Assembly (NCBI GenBank): GCA_016198685.1
Contig: JACQID010000004.1
Location: 185,208-249,207 of the forward strand
Reading direction: 5' to 3'
Source of the DNA: Candidatus Aenigmatarchaeota archaeon
GTDB taxonomy: Archaea > Aenigmatarchaeota > Aenigmatarchaeia > GW2011-AR5
Length of the DNA stretch: 64,000 nucleotides
Shown here piece by piece: positions 17,846-27,036 of the stretch (position 1 is the first letter of the stretch; every line of letters starts with the position of its first letter). Below the pieces are notes generated by a model. It saw only the letters and a program-made list of their open reading frames with translations, ran no database searches and was not told the origin of the DNA. Position numbers and translations under genes: made by a program.

Positions 17846-19042
17846 TTAAGTCTTAGCTTCACTGAACAGCCCCTCATACTTCTTCTTTTCGGCTATCTTG
17901 GTGAAACGCTTCTTGATGTGCGGGAACTCCTCGCCTAATGCGCTTAGCGTCTCAAAGAGATAGTCGTCCAGAAGGGCTTTTTTGTTCGGTTCGTCTAACG
18001 GCAGGTAGCATTTGCCGCACAGCTTTGAGGCCGGGTCATTCGGCTGCCCGCAGCGCTCGCATGGCTTTACAGAGATTACTGGTTTGCCATTGCTTCCGTT
18101 TAGGGTTATGCCGTGCTGCTTCAGTATGGCTTCGTCCATGCTTTTTCCGCTCAGGTGGGTGTAAGTGCTTATGGTATCGGATTTGCGCCAGCCGAAGAAT
18201 TCCTTCATTTGCCTGTCTGTGAATGTGCTGGCCATGAACGTGGCTCTGGCATGGCGGAAGGCATGTGGATTTACGCTCTTGTGTATATCCGCTTTTTGGG
18301 AAGCTTCTTTCAGCATCTTACGAATTAAGCCGTATGTCAGGTATCTGTCACGGCCTCTCACTCTTTCATGAACCCACAGATATGCTTCAGGGTCGTTCTT
18401 GTATGGATGGCTGTCCAGCCAGTCTTTCAGCGCCGGCGTGGAAGCTACTATGCGTATTCTTCTGTCGCCTGTTTTCCCAGAGACTCGCAGGACGGCTCCG
18501 TATTCGTCAAATGCTACGTTCTTCATTTTAAGGGGCAGAAACTCGCCTACCCTTGTGCCAGACTCGTAAAGGCAAAGAATGAAAGCCCTGTCCCTTATGG
18601 TTCTTGCGTTTATGGCTATCGCCTTTATCTCGTCTTCCGTCAAAACGTCGTCAGGCAGCAGCGTCTTGGAACTGTTCTTTATCTTAATCCATGATACGTC
18701 TTCCGTATCCTTGCCCCTGAGAAATTTGTAGTATTTCCGTAAAAAGACTTTGAAATCCCGTTTTGTCCAGTCTGCCCATCTGGTGCTGGCTGATATGTCC
18801 GCCACGAGTTGGATTATGTCACTCTTGTTAGCGTTTCGTAGTGGTTTCTTCAACATAGTGGAAAGTGTTTTCATACTGTAGAAATACTTGGTTATCCTGC
18901 CTTGTGTTATGCCCTCTGCCATCAATTGGGTATAGAAGCGTTGTGCATCCTCTTTGTCTTCCTCGTAAAGCGGGGAATCGCTTCCGAGGTATTGTTTCGC
19001 CACTTTGGCCAAGGTCTTCTCGTAATTGTGTATGTTTCCCAT
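17846..19042 (-). CDS. tyrosine recombinase / integrase with C-terminal zinc ribbon
   Basis: Catalytic pattern YESGTRVGEF (Arg), HAFRHARAT (HxxR) and ISTYTHL (Tyr). There is an extra C-terminal CERCGQPNDPASKLCGKCY. The gene is adjacent to tRNA-Tyr. Confidence 0.85.
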   Translation of the reverse strand: MGNIHNYEKTLAKVAKQYLGSDSPLYEEDKEDAQRFYTQLMAEGITQGRITKYFYSMKTLSTMLKKPLRNANKSDIIQLVADISASTRWADWTKRDFKVFLRKYYKFLRGKDTEDVSWIKIKNSSKTLLPDDVLTEDEIKAIAINARTIRDRAFILCLYESGTRVGEFLPLKMKNVAFDEYGAVLRVSGKTGDRRIRIVASTPALKDWLDSHPYKNDPEAYLWVHERVRGRDRYLTYGLIRKMLKEASQKADIHKSVNPHAFRHARATFMASTFTDRQMKEFFGWRKSDTISTYTHLSGKSMDEAILKQHGITLNGSNGKPVISVKPCERCGQPNDPASKLCGKCYLPLDEPNKKALLDDYLFETLSALGEEFPHIKKRFTKIAEKKKYEGLFSEAKT

Positions 19043-19097
19043 CGTTTCATCCTCTCCTCACTGCTCTTTAAGGAGAGGCATTAGGAATAGCCTTATC

Positions 19098-19109
19098 ATC
19101 CCCTGACTG
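19098..19109. repeat. candidate proximal att half-site within the tRNA-Tyr 3' end
   Basis: ATCCCCTGACTG, identical to 4192..4203. Confidence 0.4.
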
Positions 19110-19211
19110 AGATTTGAACTCAGAACCTCACCGTTTCTGGCAGAGTGCTGACATTCTTGCGCATTCAGCGCATGACTACAGCGGTGCGCTCTACCGTTGA
19201 GCTATCAGGGG
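19099..19211 (-). tRNA. tRNA-Tyr(GUA): tRNA-Tyr (anticodon GUA) with a 41-nt intron at the canonical 37/38 position
   Basis: Folded by hand: acceptor CCCCTGA/TCAGGGG (C1:G72, the archaeal/eukaryal Tyr identity pair), D-arm GCTC-AACGGTA-GAGC, anticodon stem CACCG/CGGTG, loop CTGTAG|intron|A, T-arm CTGAG-TTCAAAT-CTCAG, discriminator A. No encoded CCA. Confidence 0.8.
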
Positions 19212-19327
19212 TGTCTTACAAATAAGATAGTGAAGGAATTAAAGGTTTTCATAAAGGCCCTACAGTCAGAAATACGGTCTCCTATATATTGGTAGGTCTT
19301 GCCTAATAATTAAACGGAAAAACTTAC

Positions 19328-20728
19328 TTAGTTGCGTTCAACCTTCTTCTTGGGAACGTGGCCGAGAAGCGCTTCTTCGCTGAGGGATCGCATCAAGTTC
19401 TTGCCGAGTAAGTAGGCTGCAGATGCCTTAGGCAGCGCAAGCGAGCTATTCAGGCCGAATATAGGCACTATTTTGTAGCTGACTATGCGCTCATCTCTGT
19501 TGTTCATGTCTTTGAGCTTCCATGTAAGGTCAGTGCCATAGGCATGCTTTCTCTTGATGAACTTGGGTCCGACCGAGTCCTTGACAACGAATACCGGAGG
19601 CACAAAGTCCTTGATCGTTACAGAATCTATTTTCCTGCCAGTTGCGTTCTTTAATTCAACACCTACTGTGAATTCCGTGCCTTCGCTTATGACCTTCTTC
19701 TGCATTATGTATTTTCTTACCCTAAGCACGCGCATCTTGTAAAGATAGTACCATGCGCCTGCAACTAGTGCCGCAAGAAGGAGAACTAGCGGTAAATAGT
19801 CTATTTTCTGTTCTATCACGGCACTTTTGCCGGGTTCAATGTCATTAAGATGCCATAAATATGAGCCTTTGTCAGAGGAAGAATATTTGGTGCCTGCAAG
19901 GAACCACGCTCCGGTTCCTGAAATGTTTCTTGCTATTGTGGCATTTCCTGCTATATTGCCGGCATTCTTTACTTCTATTTTTTCTCCGTGACCCGTGATC
20001 ATCAAAACAGGCGAAACTTTTTCGATCATTACGGCTTTCTCATAAATTTCAAATTCCTGTTTTGCCGAAAGCTGCGAGTCCTTGGAGCTTAGAGCAACAT
20101 CAATCCAATAGACGCCGGCAGGCATGTTCTCCGGAACCCTGAAGTTTATCTCCGCTATTTTGCTTTCGGCGGGTGCTATAACAGGTATTCTGGTGCCTTC
20201 AACTTTTATCATGCCGTTCATACTTGCAAATGTGACGTTCACATTGACGTTTTGAACTGTTGTACTTCTGTAGTTCTTGACGTATATCTTGGCATTGATG
20301 TTGCCTGTAGGGAAGAAATCACCGCTTATCGAGGTTTTGTCTATGTCAACGACATCATCCCTGCTTACAAAAATGTAAATGTCCTTCGAATCTTCTCTCT
20401 GGGTATTCAGGCCTTTGGCCGTCAGGGTAAGCTTGTAATTTATTCCTGAAACCACCTCTCGCGGCGGGGTTATGTAAAGCGTAACATTGTCCTTTCGAGC
20501 TTCAACAGTTTCTATAGAATATGCGCTGAGTATGGTCCATGTCTTCTCGCCATTAAGGCTCAAGATTACGGTTTCTTTTCCGTCACCTGTTATAAAAATC
20601 GGTATCGCTTCTGTCGAGCCTACTGAAACCCTATAAGATGTCTTCTCAATGTCAAGGGATAATGCAAATGCAGGAGCTGCGGAAAAAACTGCAGCAAGAA
20701 ACGCTATCAATATCGCCCGGTTGAGCAT
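19328..20728 (-). CDS. secreted/membrane-anchored protein with Ig-like repeat architecture (466 aa)
   Basis: Signal peptide (ILIAFLAAVFSAAPAFA), beta-rich repeats and a TM helix (LPLVLLLAALVAGAWYYLY). No family assigned. Confidence 0.45.
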   Translation of the reverse strand: MLNRAILIAFLAAVFSAAPAFALSLDIEKTSYRVSVGSTEAIPIFITGDGKETVILSLNGEKTWTILSAYSIETVEARKDNVTLYITPPREVVSGINYKLTLTAKGLNTQREDSKDIYIFVSRDDVVDIDKTSISGDFFPTGNINAKIYVKNYRSTTVQNVNVNVTFASMNGMIKVEGTRIPVIAPAESKIAEINFRVPENMPAGVYWIDVALSSKDSQLSAKQEFEIYEKAVMIEKVSPVLMITGHGEKIEVKNAGNIAGNATIARNISGTGAWFLAGTKYSSSDKGSYLWHLNDIEPGKSAVIEQKIDYLPLVLLLAALVAGAWYYLYKMRVLRVRKYIMQKKVISEGTEFTVGVELKNATGRKIDSVTIKDFVPPVFVVKDSVGPKFIKRKHAYGTDLTWKLKDMNNRDERIVSYKIVPIFGLNSSLALPKASAAYLLGKNLMRSLSEEALLGHVPKKKVERN

Positions 20729-20764
20729 AACTTTATCTACTGATTAAATTATATAAGGTGATTT

Positions 20765-21322
20765 TTGCGCAAAGGGCGTTTAAATTTCCTGCCCCAAATA
20801 CAATTCATGGAAGTATGGAGGCGGTTTGCGTGGGTTCCTGGAATATTGGCTTTAGTGGCGCTTTATGCATTGAATCTGCTCCCCATACTGTTTCTTGCGG
20901 CGCTTAGCTTGGCCACGAGCTTTGTGATAAACCGGATACAAATCCGCTCTTTAGGCGTGGAATTTGCCCTTTTTACATCGGTCATCGCAGGCATAGCATA
21001 TGGCCCCTGGGCAGGAGCGCTCACTGCGCTTGCGCTTATGTCCTTTCATATCGCCGTTGCAAATTACATAGGTCCCTATATAATATGGGTGATACCGGAA
21101 TATGTTCTGGCAGGCTTTCTCGCAGGGTTTCTGCAATGGGATCCGGTCACACTGGGCGTTTCTTTGGCATTGATGGTCAATGCCATAGGATTATTCTTCA
21201 CTTTCATCTTCAACCGCAACTTTCTGGGCCATTATCTGCCTTATGCCATCACGAATGTGATTTTTAATTTTCTTGTATTTCGCGCAGCTGCACACGGAAT
21301 TCTTTCTTGGTTCATGCCCTAA
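20765..21322 (+). CDS. integral membrane protein
   Basis: Multiple hydrophobic helices. The likely start is the ATG at 20807 (MEVWRRF). Confidence 0.45.
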   Translation: MRKGRLNFLPQIQFMEVWRRFAWVPGILALVALYALNLLPILFLAALSLATSFVINRIQIRSLGVEFALFTSVIAGIAYGPWAGALTALALMSFHIAVANYIGPYIIWVIPEYVLAGFLAGFLQWDPVTLGVSLALMVNAIGLFFTFIFNRNFLGHYLPYAITNVIFNFLVFRAAAHGILSWFMP

Positions 21323-21681
21323 AAGTTGAAATAGGAAATTAAGATAATTGCGATGACAATCAGAACAATTATAATTTCCATTGTTAGATATAATCTGTAT
21401 CCTCTTCCCATTGTCATATTGACAAGCGTTCTTCCTTTCAGCTTTGCGGGATTTTTCGGGTTTTTAGGCACATGGGCCAAAGAAACTTCCGGAAACAGCA
21501 TTCCTCTATGCCCGCAATGATGGCATTCCTTGAAAATATGTCCGAATCCTGCCATTAAAGGATTTGAGAAATCGGCTGAGATGTCTTTGCTGTTGCACAG
21601 AGGGCAAATAATAACTTTGTTTCTTTTAGACATTAATATTTTTTCATCTATGAGAATAAAAGCTAAATATACCCTCAACAA
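21319..21681 (-). CDS. zinc-ribbon membrane protein (120 aa)
   Basis: CPLCNS...CHHCGH motif plus a C-terminal TM helix (IIIVLIVIAIILISYF). Confidence 0.4.
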   Translation of the reverse strand: MLRVYLAFILIDEKILMSKRNKVIICPLCNSKDISADFSNPLMAGFGHIFKECHHCGHRGMLFPEVSLAHVPKNPKNPAKLKGRTLVNMTMGRGYRLYLTMEIIIVLIVIAIILISYFNF

Positions 21682-21695
21682 TTATATCTCGGAAC

Positions 21696-22139
21696 ATGAC
21701 TAAAATATACATAGGCTCGGATCATAACGGTTTTCTTCTCAAGCAGGAAATCAAAAAATACCTGAAAGAAAAAGGTTTTGACTTCGAAGATCTTGGAAAC
21801 GCGATCATGGACAAGAACGATGATTATCCTGAATATGCGTTTGCAGTTGCAAAGAAGGTTGGAGAGGGAGCGACAGGCATTCTTCTCTGCGGGTCGGGCC
21901 ATGGAATGGCGATAGCCGCAAACAAGATTGCAGGAGTGCGCGCCGTTTGCGTCAGCAGTGCTGACGATGCAAAGAGCGCAAAATCAGACGACAATGCTAA
22001 TCTTATATGCCTGTCAGGCTGGGCATTGGGCCCTTCCAAGGCAAAAGAAATATTGAATGCATGGTTCTCGACTGAGTTTAGCGGCGCCGAGCGCCACAAG
22101 AGGCGGCTTGCCCAAATTGAAAGGATGGAAAGAAAATGA
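21696..22139 (+). CDS. rpiB: ribose-5-phosphate isomerase B
   Basis: IYIGSDHNGFLLK...GILLCGSGHGMAIAANK is the RpiB/LacAB family signature. The 147-aa size fits. Confidence 0.85.
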   Translation: MTKIYIGSDHNGFLLKQEIKKYLKEKGFDFEDLGNAIMDKNDDYPEYAFAVAKKVGEGATGILLCGSGHGMAIAANKIAGVRAVCVSSADDAKSAKSDDNANLICLSGWALGPSKAKEILNAWFSTEFSGAERHKRRLAQIERMERK

Positions 22140-22747
22140 AAATTATTCCCTCCATAATAGCCAAAGACCAGAAGGAACTTGATATCCGTCTGGGCAGAGT
22201 AATAAGATATTCCAATCTTTTTCATCTTGATGTCATGGACGGCGAGTTTGTCAGGAATACTTCACTGCAATTCAATCTTGCATTGCCCAACGCCTGCTAT
22301 GAAGCTCATCTGATGGTCAAGAATCCTGTCAAGTGGCTCGATGATAACGCAAAGAAAATGGATAGGGTCATATTCCACGCCGAAAGTCCGTCACTTTCCC
22401 GTCTCATAAGCGACGCCAAAAAGCTTGGCAAGAAGGTGAGTTTAGCCCTGAACCCAGAAACTGAGATAAGGGACATCGAGCCGTTTCTTGAGTTGGTAGA
22501 CCGAGTTCTTGTCATGACCGTAAGTCCAGGCGCATACGGAGCTCCATTCCTGCCGGAAACCCTGAGGAAGATAAAGAGGCTCAAAGAGCTTTATCCTGGC
22601 ATCGAAATAGAAACTGACGGCGGGGTAACCCCTCAGACCATCAAAAGCATGAAGATGGCTGGGGCGGGGTTATTTGTCTGCGGGTCTTACATTCAGGATA
22701 ATGATGCCGGGAAAGCGATAGCGGAAATGGAAGCATTAATTCGATAA
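22136..22747 (+). CDS. rpe: ribulose-phosphate 3-epimerase
   Basis: PSIIA...HLDVMDGEFV...HLMV...ETDGG is the typical RPE barrel motif set. An ATGA overlap links it to rpiB. Confidence 0.8.
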   Translation: MKIIPSIIAKDQKELDIRLGRVIRYSNLFHLDVMDGEFVRNTSLQFNLALPNACYEAHLMVKNPVKWLDDNAKKMDRVIFHAESPSLSRLISDAKKLGKKVSLALNPETEIRDIEPFLELVDRVLVMTVSPGAYGAPFLPETLRKIKRLKELYPGIEIETDGGVTPQTIKSMKMAGAGLFVCGSYIQDNDAGKAIAEMEALIR

Positions 22748-22808
22748 TTTCATTAGTTTCGATCGTTCTATATATAAAAGGCGCTGCCAATATTTATCAC
22801 GTGATTTA

Positions 22809-24632
22809 ATGGCCGACAAAAGGCAGCTTGCGGATATATCTTCTATATTACGTATTGATTCATTAAAGATGACCTCAGAGGCAGGAAGCGGTCATCCTAC
22901 ATCTTGCATGTCATGCGCCGAAATAATGAGTGTTTTGTTTTTCCATGAGATGGCTTACGATACAAAAAATCCCTGCAATCCAGATAACGATGAATTCATT
23001 TTAAGTAAAGGCCATGCCGCGCCTATTCTCTATTCGAGCCTCTACAGGGCAGGGTGCATACGCGATGATTTGATGTCGCTAAGAAAAATGTCAAGCCGCC
23101 TTGAGGGGCATCCTGTGCCTTCTTCCCTTCCATGGGTAAAGGTAGCCACCGGCTCGCTCGGGCAAGGGTTGTCAGTCGGCGTTGGTATGGCGCTTGCATC
23201 CAAGATGCAGAGCAGAAAATACAGGACATACGTCCTGATTGGCGACAGTGAAGCTGCAGAAGGCTCGGTATACGAGGCTCTGCAAATTGCTTCCCATTAC
23301 AAGCTCAATAATCTTTGCGTCATAGTCGACGTCAACCGTCTCGGCCAGAGAGGCGAAACCATGCCAGGCCATGACACGGACTATTACGCAAAAAGATTTG
23401 GATCTTTCGGATGGCAGACAATAGTGATAGATGGCCATGACATCACGGCAATCATACAGGCTCTTGGAGAATCCAGATCTTCTATGCCCACAGTGATAAT
23501 AGCAAAAACATTGAAAGGCAAAGGCGTTTCATTTCTTGAGAACAAAGAAGGATGGCACGGCAAGGCTCTTGACAAGGATGCATTGGCCCAGGCGTTGGCC
23601 GAAATTCCTCAGGCACCAATGCCATCAATTGCAATAAGAAAGCCCATGGCTTGCAAAATTATTGCAAAGTCTCCAAGCAAGCCTGCAAGTCCCTCTTACG
23701 CCTTGGGGACAGAAGTGGCCACGCGTCAGGCATACGGAACGGCGCTTGCAAAGCTCGCTAAAGCCGACAGTTCCGTGATTGCAGTCGATGCAGAAGTGAG
23801 CAATTCAACATATGCCGAGCAAGTGAAAAAGTTATCACCATCGCAATTTATCGAAGCCTACATAGCAGAGCAGAATATGGTAGGCATGTCGTTGGGCCTT
23901 TCGGTCAAAGGCTTCAATGTCTTTGCGTCCACGTTCGCTGCATTTCTTTGCAGGGCGCATGATCAGATAAGGATGGCATCCCTTTCTTCGGCTAACATGA
24001 CGTTCTCAGGCTCCCATTGCGGCGTCTCCATAGGCGAAGACGGAGCTTCTCAGATGGGGTTGGACGACATAGCCATGTTCCGTGGCTTGCATGGAAGCGT
24101 GATTCTTTATCCTTCTGACGCCGTGTCGACAGAGAAGCTTGTCTTTCTCGCGGCACAGAACAAAGGAATAAAATACATAAGAACCACAAGACCTGCAATA
24201 CCGGTCGTTTATGGTAATAATGAAGAATTCCCGCTTGGCGGATTCAAGGCCGTCAAAAAGAATGCAAAAGATAAAATCGTATTGGCCGGTGCCGGCATAA
24301 CGCTGCATGAGGCATTGAAGGCCTATGATGATCTGCAGAAGCTTGGAATAAGTTCTGCGGTTACAGATCTTTACTGCATAAAACCGTTCGTCGCAGAAAA
24401 GTTTGCGGATTTCGTTAAAAAGCATGGAAACTGTCTGATAGTATCTGAAGACCATTATGCCGCGGGAGGCATAGGTGAGATGATAATTTCTTCTCTGAAG
24501 AACACCGGAATAAAAATCGAGTGCCTGTCGGTCAAAGGAATGCCGCATTCTGGCAAGAAAGATGAGCTTTTGGATAAGTGCGGCATTAGTTCAAAACATA
24601 TTATCAAGGCAGCGAGGAGGCTTTTGGAATGA
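22809..24632 (+). CDS. tkt: transketolase (single-chain, 607 aa)
   Basis: SGHPTSCMS (ThDP-binding His), IGDSEAAEGSVYEA...N (GDG-type ThDP motif), and Pyr and C-terminal domains colinear with transketolases. Confidence 0.85.
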   Translation: MADKRQLADISSILRIDSLKMTSEAGSGHPTSCMSCAEIMSVLFFHEMAYDTKNPCNPDNDEFILSKGHAAPILYSSLYRAGCIRDDLMSLRKMSSRLEGHPVPSSLPWVKVATGSLGQGLSVGVGMALASKMQSRKYRTYVLIGDSEAAEGSVYEALQIASHYKLNNLCVIVDVNRLGQRGETMPGHDTDYYAKRFGSFGWQTIVIDGHDITAIIQALGESRSSMPTVIIAKTLKGKGVSFLENKEGWHGKALDKDALAQALAEIPQAPMPSIAIRKPMACKIIAKSPSKPASPSYALGTEVATRQAYGTALAKLAKADSSVIAVDAEVSNSTYAEQVKKLSPSQFIEAYIAEQNMVGMSLGLSVKGFNVFASTFAAFLCRAHDQIRMASLSSANMTFSGSHCGVSIGEDGASQMGLDDIAMFRGLHGSVILYPSDAVSTEKLVFLAAQNKGIKYIRTTRPAIPVVYGNNEEFPLGGFKAVKKNAKDKIVLAGAGITLHEALKAYDDLQKLGISSAVTDLYCIKPFVAEKFADFVKKHGNCLIVSEDHYAAGGIGEMIISSLKNTGIKIECLSVKGMPHSGKKDELLDKCGISSKHIIKAARRLLE

Positions 24633-25321
24633 AAGAAACTATAGATAGCATATTGCAAGCCGATAGGCGAATATTTAGAGTGGCGATTTTCGGCTCTGCG
24701 AGGATCAAAAAAAACGATGCCAATTACAGGATGATTTACAGGCTCGCGAAAATGATAGGCAAGGAGCATGTCGATATCGTGACTGGCGGCGGCCCGGGAA
24801 TAATGGAAGCTGCAAATAAAGGGCATAAGGCAGGAAGCAATGGTAATGGCGCTCACTCGATGGGGCTTCTCATAAAGCTGCCTAACGAGCAGAAATCAAA
24901 CAAGCATATTGACATAAAGAAAGAGTATAGGCATTTCTCCGAAAGGCTTGATAATTTTATGATGCTTTCAAGCGCGGTAGTAGTCGCGCCTGGCGGATTA
25001 GGGACTCTGCTTGAACTTGTATATGCATGGCAACTGATGCAGGTCCGGCATACATGCGAGATACCGCTTATCGTCATAGGCGATATGTGGAAAGAATTTG
25101 TGGCATGGTCGAAAAAATGGCAATTGAGAAGTGCCTACATGAAGCCCGAGGATTTTGATTCTATCTATACTGTGGCTACGGCAGATGATGCCATGGAAAT
25201 ATTGAAGCAAGCTCATGAACAGTATCTGAAGGCCGGCAAGAATGCGTGCTTCAATACTGTAAGATATGGCAAAAAGCTGCATGTGAACGGAAAAAAAGCG
25301 GTATTGCGAAGGCTGTCATGA
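24629..25321 (+). CDS. LOG / TIGR00730-family Rossmann-fold nucleotide-binding protein
   Basis: GGGPGIMEAANKG and PGGLGTLLEL motifs. An ATGA overlap links it to the tkt stop. Confidence 0.7.
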   Translation: MKETIDSILQADRRIFRVAIFGSARIKKNDANYRMIYRLAKMIGKEHVDIVTGGGPGIMEAANKGHKAGSNGNGAHSMGLLIKLPNEQKSNKHIDIKKEYRHFSERLDNFMMLSSAVVVAPGGLGTLLELVYAWQLMQVRHTCEIPLIVIGDMWKEFVAWSKKWQLRSAYMKPEDFDSIYTVATADDAMEILKQAHEQYLKAGKNACFNTVRYGKKLHVNGKKAVLRRLS

Positions 25322-25432
25322 TGATGATATTGCCTTCTTGCCTGGAACAGTGGAATATACATCAATACGGCAGGATGCGAATAAGCACTGCAAATACGGG
25401 AAAGCTTAAATAGTTTTTGTTACTATTTTTTA

Positions 25433-26149
25433 GTGAGAATTATGCCTATAAGAATAGACAGAGAAGGTATCCATATATCCGTCAGACTCGGCCCTATTTT
25501 ACCGCAGAGGAATAAAAAAATAGAGCGGGTTGCTATTGACCAACCACCTGCAACAGAAAGAGAAGCTTCTGCTGACGCGCAAACGACAGCGCCTTCTTGC
25601 GGTGATGATGTAGGAAAATACAGCGGCATAGCGCTTAAGGGCTGGCTATCACAGAATTATGCCGTAAGCCCTGTTGAAACAAACGATAATATGGTTATAG
25701 TTACAGGAAGGGATTTTGAAACCAATAGTCCTAAGTTTGAGTTGATACCTCGTTCTTATCGTGCAGCAAGGCAAAAACGTCCCAAACATCATAAAGAGGA
25801 CAGCGGACGTTCAGTTACCGAGATACCCGATTCTGCTTACAGAGAAAGCACCTCTTACACGGGTCCTGTTATTGTTCATGCATACGCCGAGCTTGCTGAC
25901 ATGCTTGTGGAAAATGGAGAACTTTTCATCGATAAAAATCAACGGCTCGCAGGAAAACGCGTAGTAGCACGGGGGAACGGTATAGCGAAAAATCTCAAAC
26001 GGATGCTGACGGCGTATCTTCATGCCAATGGCATAGAATATGATGTCAGAATAGATTATAGAAACGATGGAGCAATGCTGACAATAAACCCAGAAGCCCG
26101 CGCGGCCTACAATGCACTGGGTCAAATAAATGCAGGCAGGCATTATTGA
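25433..26149 (+). CDS. hypothetical protein (238 aa)
   Basis: ORF embedded in the sugar-phosphate cluster with no motif recognised. The ATG at 25442 is the more likely start. Confidence 0.4.
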   Translation: MRIMPIRIDREGIHISVRLGPILPQRNKKIERVAIDQPPATEREASADAQTTAPSCGDDVGKYSGIALKGWLSQNYAVSPVETNDNMVIVTGRDFETNSPKFELIPRSYRAARQKRPKHHKEDSGRSVTEIPDSAYRESTSYTGPVIVHAYAELADMLVENGELFIDKNQRLAGKRVVARGNGIAKNLKRMLTAYLHANGIEYDVRIDYRNDGAMLTINPEARAAYNALGQINAGRHY

Positions 26150-26211
26150 TTAGATGCGTGGTTTTACAACACTTTTATATAACCTGTTGCCCTCTATTTA
26201 TTGGTGGCTGC

Positions 26212-27036
26212 ATGAAAATTTTCATAGATACCGGGAGCTTGGAGGAAATAGAAGAGGCTTATTCTTCCGGGATAATGGACGGCATCACTACCAACCCCTC
26301 TTTGATGAAGAAGGCTGTTGAGGAACTCAAGAAATCCGGCCAGATGCTTGACATGGAAGATTATATCAAGCGAATATTGAAAGCCGCACGCGGAACGCCC
26401 GTGAGTTTGGAAGTCACATCGTCTGATTATGAAGGAATGGTCAAAGAGGGCATTGTGCTTTTCAAAAAATTCAACCCTGTTGCCGGGAACGTAGTCATCA
26501 AGGTGCCCTGCAATACGTCGATTGAAGGGCAAAACAGGCATTTTGACGGTCTCAAGGCCATAAAAGCGCTTTCCAGCGAAGGAATTCCGGTTAATTGCAC
26601 CCTGATATTTACGCCTGAGCAGGCTCTGCTTGCAGCCAAAGCAGGAGCAAAGATGGTCAGCCCTTTTGCAGGAAGAATTGACGATTTCATACGGTTAAAG
26701 AACTCTATGCATTTTGGAAAATCCGATTATTTCCCGGTCCAGGGAATCGAAAAGGACGGAAAGAAACTCGAAGATAATGGAGTGACATCAGGCATTGACT
26801 TGGTTGCACAGTGCGCCGAAATATTCAGATATTACGGGATAAATGCCGAAGTTCTTGCGGCAAGCATAAGGAATACCCGCCAGCTGAGGGACGCCTCGCT
26901 TGCAGGCGCGGATATAGCGACAGCACCTTTGGAAGTTATAAAAGCTGCAATGCGGCATCCCAAGACAGTAGAAGGAGTCAAAGTATTTTCAGCGGATGTG
27001 GTGCCAGAATATGCTGCGATGGGTAATGGAAAATGA
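26212..27036 (+). CDS. tal: transaldolase / fructose-6-phosphate aldolase family (short type)
   Basis: MKIFIDTGSLEEIEE...GITTNPSL...VKVP...SPFAGR(I)DD motifs. The ORF track starts at 26146, but the conserved N-terminus begins at the ATG at 26212. Confidence 0.8.
   Translation: MKIFIDTGSLEEIEEAYSSGIMDGITTNPSLMKKAVEELKKSGQMLDMEDYIKRILKAARGTPVSLEVTSSDYEGMVKEGIVLFKKFNPVAGNVVIKVPCNTSIEGQNRHFDGLKAIKALSSEGIPVNCTLIFTPEQALLAAKAGAKMVSPFAGRIDDFIRLKNSMHFGKSDYFPVQGIEKDGKKLEDNGVTSGIDLVAQCAEIFRYYGINAEVLAASIRNTRQLRDASLAGADIATAPLEVIKAAMRHPKTVEGVKVFSADVVPEYAAMGNGK

Larger units (their letters stand above)
4192..19109. mobile_element. putative integrative element (about 14.9 kb) at tRNA-Tyr
   Basis: The integrase gene sits 56 nt from the tRNA-Tyr 3' end. 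A 12-bp direct repeat marks both proposed ends. The cargo is typical of mobile elements (R-M system, nuclease, HTH proteins, small Zn-ribbon ORFs) and the composition is a mosaic. Confidence 0.5.

Noticed and set aside
17938-19084. Many 60-108-aa plus-strand ORFs (e.g. 17938..18222, 18368..18694, 18865..19071) lie inside the integrase region.
   Set aside because: All are antisense to a 398-aa ORF with complete tyrosine-recombinase motifs. They are Arg/Cys/Leu-rich, as expected for spurious frames in GC-rich DNA.
24006-24856. 180-aa and 133-aa minus-strand ORFs inside the tkt/LOG region.
   Set aside because: They are antisense to genes with strong transketolase and LOG motifs and have no motifs of their own.
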